Assembly (NCBI GenBank): GCA_023473545.1
Contig: JAMCXO010000002.1
Coordinates: 6,340-70,339 of the forward strand
From: Patescibacteria group bacterium
GTDB lineage: Bacteria > Patescibacteriota > Microgenomatia > Levybacterales > UBA12049
DNA: 64,000 nucleotides
Direction: 5' to 3'
Part shown: positions 29,076-36,808 of the stretch, piece after piece
Position numbering within the stretch: the first letter of the stretch is position 1
How the letters are laid out: each line of letters begins with the position of its first letter
Made by a program: the position numbers and the translations under genes
Notes under the pieces: model-generated
What the model was told of the DNA's origin: nothing
Seen by the model: only the letters and a program-made list of their open reading frames with translations
Database searches by the model: none

Positions 29076-30524
29076 CTAGAGGTATTTGGGATTTAGTTGA
29101 ACGGTTGATTTGTTGAAAATCAAAAGGTCATTAACGCCTGTCTTTGAGGCTATATGCTTAGACAGCCCATCGCAAGCGGGATAAAACTTATTTTTATTTT
29201 CTTTGGTTAGTTCCTCGTCTTTAGTATCCTCTATGGTTTCTATAACTTCGTCCCAAGACCACTCTTTTTTACGGCTCTTATCGTCTTTTAGCAGTAATTC
29301 AAGCAGTTTTGCCCTGAAGCTGTTTTTGTTTAGTTTGACCTTTTTGCCTTCAACATCCAGCTCGCCTTTCTGGGCATTGTAAGTAACCCTCAATTTTACT
29401 TTGCTTTGGTCTATTTTTAATTCGTCAGTTTTAGGCTTACTCTTGTTTTCCTCATTGGATTTTTGGCGTTTTTCAAATTCAGCCTTAAGAGCTTTATAGA
29501 AATCGTCAAACTTTATAAGGTCAATTCTTATATCTATGTTGCCGTATCCCACAACATCATCATTGTCATAATTGGCTTCCAGTGCGATACCTTCTCTAAG
29601 TAAGTATTGAGCACCTTCCCAGCGGTGCTGTTGGTAGCTTTTCCTTGTGCCTATGCTATCGTAGGGAAACAGCTCTAAAAATCTACCGATATACGGATAG
29701 GGAAATGATGGAATTACTACAGTGGTGCTTCTAGTCATCTGAAGTTGCTGGTCAATATCCGAGCAAACATCAAGGATTTTGAGAAGGTTGAGCCAGTCAA
29801 GATTATTGGGCTTTGATTTTTGTTTCAGCAAGTATTGTCCATACCAGTCATCAAAACCATCGTGGCATTTAACGAGAATAAAATTGGGATTTTTTGGTTG
29901 TTGATTAAGTGGGAGTAAACGATTGGTTTCTCGCCAAACAGTCAGGATTTTTTCTTCTTCTTGGAGTTTGTTCAAAATGCCGTATATTTCCTCTCTCTGA
30001 AACCCATCAAGACCGTTATTAGCACTTTTATAAAACAATTCTGTGGTTTGCCCTTTGACCGTAGCCTTTTTAGCTTCAACCAATGCCTTGAGAATAAGGT
30101 CTAGCTTTTCTTCATAGGTAATCAAAGTATCATTAGCGAGCTTTGTCGGGCTATCTGTTGGCTTCTTCCCCGTAAACTCTTGATATTCAGGTTCTTGTTG
30201 GATTTTCCAGAAATAGTCGTCAAAAGCGGGTAAAAGTTCAATATGCCAGCAGCCGTCGTCTTGCTGATAAGGTGGGTCGTAGGGGTCAAGGTCTTCAACG
30301 ATTTCTACTCTACTTATCCCGCTTGGCACTTGTAAAACCTTCAAAATCTGCTCATCCTTTTCCAGCTTGGTAAATAACTGTTTCAGTTCAATATCTCTAT
30401 ATTTGCGGTTAAGGTCGTTTGTCGGGTCTATTATCAACGGTTGACCCGATGGGGCTAATACCCGTGCATCGTTAATCGCTTCCAGTAGAAAATAAAGTTT
30501 TTCCTTGCCGTCCATCATAATCAT
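29076..30524 (-). CDS. Hypothetical protein with internal repeats and a probable C-terminal winged helix
   Basis: 482-aa ORF; repeated segments ending FDDYF/FDDWY/FDDFY; C-terminal LLELLL...WSWDEV...YPACDGLSKHI...VQLNPKY. Confidence 0.75.
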   Translation of the reverse strand: MIMMDGKEKLYFLLEAINDARVLAPSGQPLIIDPTNDLNRKYRDIELKQLFTKLEKDEQILKVLQVPSGISRVEIVEDLDPYDPPYQQDDGCWHIELLPAFDDYFWKIQQEPEYQEFTGKKPTDSPTKLANDTLITYEEKLDLILKALVEAKKATVKGQTTELFYKSANNGLDGFQREEIYGILNKLQEEEKILTVWRETNRLLPLNQQPKNPNFILVKCHDGFDDWYGQYLLKQKSKPNNLDWLNLLKILDVCSDIDQQLQMTRSTTVVIPSFPYPYIGRFLELFPYDSIGTRKSYQQHRWEGAQYLLREGIALEANYDNDDVVGYGNIDIRIDLIKFDDFYKALKAEFEKRQKSNEENKSKPKTDELKIDQSKVKLRVTYNAQKGELDVEGKKVKLNKNSFRAKLLELLLKDDKSRKKEWSWDEVIETIEDTKDEELTKENKNKFYPACDGLSKHIASKTGVNDLLIFNKSTVQLNPKYL

Positions 30525-30594
30525 TACTTTTTCAAGAAATTATACTGTCTCTATTTTATCATTGTTTAACACTCTAAGGAAGGATTTTTAGAGG

Positions 30595-30712
30595 TTAGGC
30601 AGTAGCAAGGGCGGGTTGTTTCAATCCCAAGTTTTCAAAGAGGATTTTGAGGTCGCTAAGGGTTATACTAAACTCTAGTTGTTGGTTGCAGAACAAGTCT
30701 TTTAGGGGGAGC
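30595..30712 (-). other. Displaced C-terminal coding segment of the serine recombinase, ending at the attR core
   Basis: Reads (W)LPLKDLFCNQQLEFSITLSDLKILFENLGLKQPALATA* in the frame set by the GCTCC core. Confidence 0.75.
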
Positions 30713-30762
30713 ACTAACGTACAGAAATAACCAACAAATTACACAAACGAACACAGCCTCAA

Positions 30763-30833
30763 TCCTAACATCCACTTGACAGATGTAAGGAATAATTGGT
30801 ATAATCCTTACATCTAATATTAAAATGTTAGGC
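30763..30833 (+). promoter_or_regulatory. Sigma70 promoter (TTGACA 30776-30781, TGgTATAAT 30797-30805) with two operator palindromes
   Basis: TCCTAACATC-N9-GATGTAAGGA (30763-30791) and TCCTTACATC-N9-AATGTTAGGC (30805-30833). Confidence 0.8.
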
Positions 30834-30835
30834 TT

Positions 30836-31993
30836 ATGAAAATCGGTAAGCTCATCCAACAACCCAGTGGGTATCAGGCATTTATCCCAGACAAATTCCC
30901 TCCAAAAGAGCAAATTGTTCTGAACTCCAAAACCCAGCAGCTTCACGCCAAGGCTGTGCTTATGCTGGGTAAATTAGATGGCATTACTCAATTACTTCCT
31001 GACCTGGATTTTTTCATTTTTATGTATATCCGCAAGGAAGCGGCTAAGTCAAGCGAGATTGAGGGGACTCAAGCCACCATTATTGATGTCATTAAAAGCG
31101 AGGCACAAATTGAAAGCCGTTTTCCACAAGATGTTGAAAGAATCATTCACTATATCAATGCTATGGAATATGGCTTGAATCGATTGGAAACCTTACCGTT
31201 ATCACTTCGGTTTATTAGGGAAATCCATAAGGTACTGATTGGTGGTACGATTGACGCTCCCGGTAAAACACCAGGAGAATTTAGGACCTCCCAAAATTGG
31301 ATCGGCGGAGGTTCTCCCAATACTGCTAAATTTGTACCACCAACACACGCAGAAATGAACCGATGCCTAGATGACTTTGAAAAATTTTTGCATGCTACCA
31401 ACGAGTACCCGCCACTTATTAAAGCAGCTTTAGCGCATGCCCAATTTGAAACCATCCACCCGTTCCTTGATGGTAATGGCAGAACTGGCCGGCTTTTAAC
31501 TACTTTTTATCTTTGTAAACTGGGTATCCTTGAAAGGCCAGTACTTTACCTATCTGAATACTTTTTGAATAACCAAAAGGCATATTACGGGTCGTTAAAT
31601 TCTTATCACCAAGAAGATGCTGATGTTTTCGGTTGGCTTGATTTCTTTTTAGATGGGGTGGCTATCATTGCGACAGAGGCAATTGAGGCGTCAAAAAAAA
31701 TCAATATTTTACGCCAGAAAGATACTATTAAGATTCAATCTTTGGGGCGGAGAACAAAAACAGGCATGATAGTTTTGGAAAATCTTTTTAAGCTTCCAAT
31801 TATCAGTGTCAGAAAAGTCGAAGAATGGACGGGGCTTTCTCGTCCCCAAGCCAACGATCTAGTTAAAAAGCTTATAGAGCTAGGAATTCTTGAGCAAAGA
31901 AATAAAAATATCAAGTATGACAGGGAATTTTGGTATAAAAAGTATCTTGATGTTTTCGTGAGTAAAGAAGAAATTAAAAAATCAAATGAATAA
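30836..31993 (+). CDS. Fic family protein (Fic_N + Fic + C-terminal HTH)
   Basis: SSEIEGT inhibitory-type motif, HAQFETIHPFLDGNGRTGR catalytic motif, C-terminal HTH. Confidence 0.93.
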   Translation: MKIGKLIQQPSGYQAFIPDKFPPKEQIVLNSKTQQLHAKAVLMLGKLDGITQLLPDLDFFIFMYIRKEAAKSSEIEGTQATIIDVIKSEAQIESRFPQDVERIIHYINAMEYGLNRLETLPLSLRFIREIHKVLIGGTIDAPGKTPGEFRTSQNWIGGGSPNTAKFVPPTHAEMNRCLDDFEKFLHATNEYPPLIKAALAHAQFETIHPFLDGNGRTGRLLTTFYLCKLGILERPVLYLSEYFLNNQKAYYGSLNSYHQEDADVFGWLDFFLDGVAIIATEAIEASKKINILRQKDTIKIQSLGRRTKTGMIVLENLFKLPIISVRKVEEWTGLSRPQANDLVKKLIELGILEQRNKNIKYDREFWYKKYLDVFVSKEEIKKSNE

Positions 31994-32156
31994 ACCTGAC
32001 TTTACCCTCGATAAAATCAAATTTGCCATTGATCAACCGACATTCAAGAAAGCAATGGCGCTATACGAAAGTGGCAAGGTTACCCAAGTCGAAGAAAGTA
32101 TTCGATTGTGTATAGGAGTTGTAAATGGCACAATGTCAGCGCATTCGATAAATTGA
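31986..32156 (+). pseudogene. Truncated gene remnant, possibly the N-terminus of a SWIM zinc-finger protein
   Basis: MNKPDFTLDKIKFAIDQPTFKKAMALYESGKVTQV...GVVNGT, then an early stop and ORF-less DNA; start overlaps the fic stop. Confidence 0.4.
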
Positions 32157-32553
32157 TAATTTTATCAGTAGACCTAATGGATTAACTTTTGAAAAGATTT
32201 TTACAAAATCTTACACAAATTTTGGCTGCCACACTTCTATAAACTTCGTTAATGAAAAATTATGGGATATTTTCCTTTTTATATAGTGAGGTCTTTCAAT
32301 TAACTCCATCTTCCATTGAGTAAAATCGCCATATTTTCTCAATATACCGACTTTTTACCTGGATCAAACAAGCTGCCCAACGAAAGCAATACAATATTTC
32401 CTTTTACCAACAACAGTGGAATATCATTAAAGATGCCATTGCCCAGCAAATGAAACTTGAATTAACTGCTACCTAAGTGCGAAACTCGTGTAATTCTCCA
32501 ATTATTCCTGCCATTTTTTATTCCTTTCTATTATAGTGTGATATAATCCAGCT

Positions 32554-32805
32554 GTGTTTAAAAAAACAAAAGGATTTATCTCTAGTTTAATAACAATTAT
32601 TTTATTAGTAGCCATATTTCCTACATTATTTATTATTACTTTTATTGATTTTCCTCTTTATTTTTCTTCGTTTCCCTTAATAGTTCCTATATTAGGTTTT
32701 TTATTAGCTGCAGAAACAGGACTTTTTCTTATCGCGATTTTTCATTTAGTTAAAAATCTTAGTCTATCCTTTAAATCTCTTTCTCGGAAAACTAAAGTTG
32801 CTTGA
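32554..32805 (+). CDS. Small hydrophobic membrane protein
   Basis: Two TM stretches; TGaTATAAT 6 nt upstream of the GTG start; very AT-rich. Confidence 0.5.
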   Translation: MFKKTKGFISSLITIILLVAIFPTLFIITFIDFPLYFSSFPLIVPILGFLLAAETGLFLIAIFHLVKNLSLSFKSLSRKTKVA

Positions 32806-32817
32806 GAAAAATATTTA

Positions 32818-33021
32818 ATGTGCGATATTATTTTATTTTTTAATTATCTCTTTCTTCTATTTCTTTCTTATTTAGGGATTGAGATAATTAAGTCTTCATG
32901 GCCTACTAATAAAAGTACGGCTATGATCGCTCTCATTCCGTTATTATTGGGATTTTTCTTCTTTGTTTTCCCCACAACGCATAGTGGGATTTATAGTTCT
33001 ATGCTTTGCATTCTTCCTTAA
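32818..33021 (+). CDS. Small hydrophobic ORF, possibly a fragment of a degraded membrane-protein gene
   Basis: 67-aa hydrophobic ORF in the same frame as the upstream ORF, after a TGA stop. Confidence 0.3.
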   Translation: MCDIILFFNYLFLLFLSYLGIEIIKSSWPTNKSTAMIALIPLLLGFFFFVFPTTHSGIYSSMLCILP

Positions 33022-33205
33022 TTTTTAAAGAGCCACTAACTACTTCTTTTTTGTTATATACAGTAATACAATATCTTTTTGGGTCTGGGAAATCAAGGTA
33101 GAACTAAAAAATGTGGGTGAATCTTGTAGAGTTTTTTCATTTCCTCTTTGCTTATAATAATTATGACTGATTAATCGCAACGGAACTTTCTGTTATAATT
33201 TCATC

Positions 33206-33739
33206 GTGAATCTTATTTTTCTTTACGGAGCACCTGCGGTTGGTAAATTAACCATAGCAAAAAGTCTTGAACAAAAAACAGGATACAAACTTCTGCATAA
33301 TCACTTGCTTCAAAATCCTATCTCGGAGATTTTTTCATTTGATAATCCTTCTAACAGGCTTCTTGTAAGAGAGTTCCGTATGCGGATATTGGAAGAGGCT
33401 ATCAGGAGCAATATAAATCTTATTTTTACTTTTGGTATTGCAGGCAACAAGCCTTTTGACCATATAGATGGTATTGTTAATACTGCTAAATTACACGGAG
33501 CAAAAATATATATTGTGCAGCTTATAGCCGATAAAGAAACTCTTTTAGAAAGAGTAGAAAATCAATCAAGGAAAGACCATGGCAAAAATTTATCAAAGGA
33601 TTACTTGAAGAAATTATTTAGTGAAAATTCTGACATGTTAGATAAATATCCGAAGTTAGACCATTTAACTATTGATACTAAAAGTTTCACACCAGAACAG
33701 TCTGCAATTAAAATAATTGAATTCTATAAAATTGCCTAA
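33206..33739 (+). CDS. P-loop nucleotide/shikimate-kinase-like protein
   Basis: LIFLYGAPAVGKLT Walker A, LLERV...SR lid motif, IDT near the C-terminus. Confidence 0.8.
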   Translation: MNLIFLYGAPAVGKLTIAKSLEQKTGYKLLHNHLLQNPISEIFSFDNPSNRLLVREFRMRILEEAIRSNINLIFTFGIAGNKPFDHIDGIVNTAKLHGAKIYIVQLIADKETLLERVENQSRKDHGKNLSKDYLKKLFSENSDMLDKYPKLDHLTIDTKSFTPEQSAIKIIEFYKIA

Positions 33740-33833
33740 CTGAGGAAATGTTCACAAATCGGTTTAAGGATAATATATTATCGCCTTAAATTGTTCCTGA
33801 CCGATTTATTAAAAGCTCTGATATAATCAACTT

Positions 33834-34253
33834 ATGAAGTTACCGCCTTATGTAAAATCAAAAAAATACATTGATTTTTTGCCAGTGCTAGGAAAATCAA
33901 CCGCCAATGCAATATATCCTTTTATTTTTTTGCCTGAGAAAATATTCAAAGATTTAAAAGGAGCAAATCCAAATCCGCGTAACAAAGCCCTTTTAAGACA
34001 CGAAGAAACCCATAGAAAAAGGCAAGTTCGGCAAGGAATATTCAAGTTTTGGATAAAATATTTATTGAATCCTAAGTTCCGTTTTAATGAGGAATTAATG
34101 GCTGATATAGAATATATGAAAGTTATTAAAAATAATAATCTTAAGTTTAATATAGAAAAAAGAGCGAAGCAATTATCGGGGCATTTATACCTCTGGCCAG
34201 CAAACTATAAAAAGGCTAAAAATAAACTAGAAGAAGCTTGGAATAGGAAGTAG
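33834..34253 (+). CDS. Hypothetical protein with an HExxH zincin-like motif
   Basis: LLRHEETHRKRQ followed by RFNEELMA. Confidence 0.65.
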   Translation: MKLPPYVKSKKYIDFLPVLGKSTANAIYPFIFLPEKIFKDLKGANPNPRNKALLRHEETHRKRQVRQGIFKFWIKYLLNPKFRFNEELMADIEYMKVIKNNNLKFNIEKRAKQLSGHLYLWPANYKKAKNKLEEAWNRK

Positions 34254-34258
34254 TTTCT

Positions 34259-34292
34259 TGTCAAAATAACCCTGTCAAAATAACCCTTGACA
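34259..34292 (+). repeat. 14-bp direct repeat TGTCAAAATAACCC x2 abutting TTGACA
   Basis: Copies at 34259-34272 and 34273-34286; also forms the TGTCAA-N8-TTGACA palindrome. Confidence 0.75.
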
Positions 34293-34419
34293 AATGCCCT
34301 TTGCCCTTTTTAAACTTGATACTATTAACCAAAAAATAAATCATGCGCGCGGATAGACTTTTTAAAATAGCGCCGGCTCCTGTCGGCGAGATTTATTTTA
34401 AAAACCTTACCTGTTGGTT

Positions 34420-35715
34420 ATGGCAATTATAGAAAGACAAGGATATCTTTATCTGCCCACAGCCGCTTTACCGGAGATAGGATTTCCCAACGAACCTCTT
34501 AGCGCGCAAAGAGAAACCGACCTTCTCGAAAGCAGCGAGAAAGAATTACTTATCATTTTAGATGAACAGGATCCGGGCGGCTTGTTTCCTGCATCAACAA
34601 GATTATCCCGAGATATATTTAACCATTACGATTGCCATTGGCCAAGAGATGGATTCATAACTGCCAAAGCATTGGTAGATTCCCGCGTTCTTAACCGCTA
34701 TCCTCAAAATAGTAAAATGGGGAGAAGAATCCGTTCAAGCTCAAATCTTTATTTCGGAAAAACCCTGGAAATGCTTAATGAAGAAGCCGACAATGGCAAA
34801 TTTATGCCAGGAATAGAAAAAGGGAAAGAAATTAATACGGCAGACCCTCAAAAACTGCCTAGGATCCACACCAAAATTGACGGCTCTTTTTGCGAATGGT
34901 ATGCCAATAATCAGCCTGATTCATTTGGCCACTGCTTAACAGCCATTGGGCAGGCAATTCAGAACCGGGTCTTTATTCCAAACGAAAGGGGAATACAAAT
35001 CATCGAAAAAATAGCAGGATACCTTGTGCATATAGAACCTTGGAAATTCAAAGCCAGCAGTATGTGGGAGGATCAACAGGTGTTTCCTCCGCCTCTATCA
35101 ACTGTTGCCTTCGTAAGACAAGGTCTTTTAACCATAATGCCATTTATGCCAAAACGGGAACTTCAGGAAAGAATTGAGGAAACTGCCTTCCATTGCAGAG
35201 AATATCTGATAAAAAATTACCCTCGCGAAAAAACAACGCCAAATCATCCGGGAGAATTTGATCTGGCAACCGGCATCGCGCTGGGAGAAGGGGCTTTTAG
35301 CGATATTAAGGATATTGATCCCCGAGAATGGCTCGAGGCGGCAAAAAGCCTAGGCAGAGAAGACTGCCCCGGCAAGATACGATTTTGGGGAGACCCATAT
35401 CATAATCCTTATAGCCATTCGACAGAGGGTGTTCTCACAGAAGCACCGTGGCCGATGGGTCTTCTTTACGAAGCAAAGATATATTTAGATCTATATAAAC
35501 AAACATACGTAGAGAAATATAGGAACCTCGCTTTTGACAAACTGCAGAAGGCAATGGATATAGGAACACAATACGGTTTTAGACCTGAACTCCTCGAACA
35601 GTTTAGGCCTCATGAATTTAAACTTCCGGAAAAACCAAATCAACTCTTGTGGGATATGGCTGTCTACATAAGGGTGTGTCATGAAGCCGCCGAAGTTTTG
35701 CAACCGGCGGCCTAA
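34420..35715 (+). CDS. Glycoside hydrolase family 15-like (alpha/alpha)6-barrel protein
   Basis: GLFPAS..YDCHWPRDG, QPDSFG, SSMWED, EAPWPMG, LLW motifs resembling glucoamylase/phosphorylase-kinase-like GH15. Confidence 0.6.
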   Translation: MAIIERQGYLYLPTAALPEIGFPNEPLSAQRETDLLESSEKELLIILDEQDPGGLFPASTRLSRDIFNHYDCHWPRDGFITAKALVDSRVLNRYPQNSKMGRRIRSSSNLYFGKTLEMLNEEADNGKFMPGIEKGKEINTADPQKLPRIHTKIDGSFCEWYANNQPDSFGHCLTAIGQAIQNRVFIPNERGIQIIEKIAGYLVHIEPWKFKASSMWEDQQVFPPPLSTVAFVRQGLLTIMPFMPKRELQERIEETAFHCREYLIKNYPREKTTPNHPGEFDLATGIALGEGAFSDIKDIDPREWLEAAKSLGREDCPGKIRFWGDPYHNPYSHSTEGVLTEAPWPMGLLYEAKIYLDLYKQTYVEKYRNLAFDKLQKAMDIGTQYGFRPELLEQFRPHEFKLPEKPNQLLWDMAVYIRVCHEAAEVLQPAA

Positions 35716-35785
35716 GCTCTTTATCCCTATTGGAATCTGGCAGATCTCAATGACAAAGGTTTTTGGAAATTCGCGGAGAATCTAC

Positions 35786-36802
35786 TTATTGATTACCAAT
35801 GTCTGCGGAACTACCCCTATAAACCTTAGGCGTAAACCAGTCGGGCGGAGGGTTTGTTGTATTTTTTCTGTCAAAAGAATCCTTAACGGCTCTTACGGCC
35901 TGCTTCTTGGGCTCTGTGCCGGGAAATTCTCCGGGGAGCTGATCCTGGCCGGATCTGTCTTGACTTTGGCCAAACTGAACCTGGTTTTGGCTAAGTCTAA
36001 CTTGATTTTGGACGGAAGGAGCAAGATTTTGTCTAAATTGAGGAAGCATGGCCTCCTCTTTTGCGTAAACTCTCTGCCTTACTGCTCCTTTGCGTATTAA
36101 AACCCCGGCCATCTCAAAGGCATCGCTACTTGTTGCCTGTTTCTGAAAATTATCTGTCGCGAAGGAGATACCCGAGAGTAAATTCTGGGCCGTATCTTGA
36201 TCCAGATCCAAATTTAAATCCAAAATAAGCCTTGCGACCTGTTCGGAAACGGATGAGAACTGGGGTGAAACAAAGGTTATTTCCCCAAAACCCTGATTAT
36301 CCGCTTTATTATCTATATTTATCAACGTTATATCCTTGAACTCTTCCGGATTAAAAAGGCTGCCAAGATCCGAAAGTCTGGAAGTGCCAACAACAAATAT
36401 GAGCCTTGGATAGCTTCCCGATCGGGTATATTTTATACCATCCCTATTAAAAGAAAACCCCAGCTCTCCTCCTTTAACTACAATATTTAAATAACCATTA
36501 TCTATGGTGTAGGAAACCTTGTCTATCTCGCCTTCTTTATACGGGAAAGAAACAATAAGATCTCCTCCGTCTTTGCCTTCCAGGCTGGTCTTTAACTTAT
36601 CTATTCCAACCAAAGAGGAAACCTGAACAATTGCCTCTTTCGGCGAAGCAATACTAACCTTTTTGCCGTAAGATCGAAGCGCGAGATACAAAGACAAGCC
36701 GGCGCCGAGAGAATCCAGATCGTAACCCGCGCCAACTAAAATACCAATCTCTTCGTTTTTTTCTATTTCTTCCCTTATTCTCTGAAAAATCATTCCGTCC
36801 AT
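35786..36802 (-). CDS. DHH-family phosphoesterase-like protein (degenerate) with Gln-rich tail
   Basis: DLDSLGAGLSL, INIDNK (replacing IDHH), SSVSE, AQNLLSGI..ATDNF; C-terminal PPPDWFTPKVYRGS; follows infB like nrnA. Confidence 0.7.
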   Translation of the reverse strand: MDGMIFQRIREEIEKNEEIGILVGAGYDLDSLGAGLSLYLALRSYGKKVSIASPKEAIVQVSSLVGIDKLKTSLEGKDGGDLIVSFPYKEGEIDKVSYTIDNGYLNIVVKGGELGFSFNRDGIKYTRSGSYPRLIFVVGTSRLSDLGSLFNPEEFKDITLINIDNKADNQGFGEITFVSPQFSSVSEQVARLILDLNLDLDQDTAQNLLSGISFATDNFQKQATSSDAFEMAGVLIRKGAVRQRVYAKEEAMLPQFRQNLAPSVQNQVRLSQNQVQFGQSQDRSGQDQLPGEFPGTEPKKQAVRAVKDSFDRKNTTNPPPDWFTPKVYRGSSADIGNQ

Positions 36803-36808
36803 AAATTT

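Larger units (their letters stand above)
22644..30712 (-). mobile_element. tRNA-Asn-integrated element (8064 bp): serine recombinase, S subunit, fused R-M, Xis-like HTH, RCR-type Rep, SpoVG, small ORF, repeat/wHTH protein
   Basis: GGAGC direct-repeat cores at 22644-22648 and 30708-30712, both with AGTC ending 8 nt upstream; all genes on the minus strand; rejoining the cores extends the recombinase ORF in frame. Confidence 0.85.

Noticed and set aside
30668-30946. 92-aa minus-strand ORF spanning attR
   Set aside because: Antisense to fic and its promoter, and not the frame of the recombinase tail.
30836-31993. fic as cargo of the 8-kb element
   Set aside because: Lies outside the inferred attR (30708-30712) and on the opposite strand.
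32554-33021. TGA readthrough (genetic code 25) joining two same-frame ORFs
   Set aside because: Several clear genes here end in TGA at the expected position (sortase, Crp/Fnr, uvrD), so code 11 applies; a nonsense mutation or two separate ORFs is more likely.
35681-36100. 139-aa plus-strand ORF and the many other short ORFs antisense to or nested in long genes
   Set aside because: They overlap well-supported genes on another strand or frame and have no motifs.
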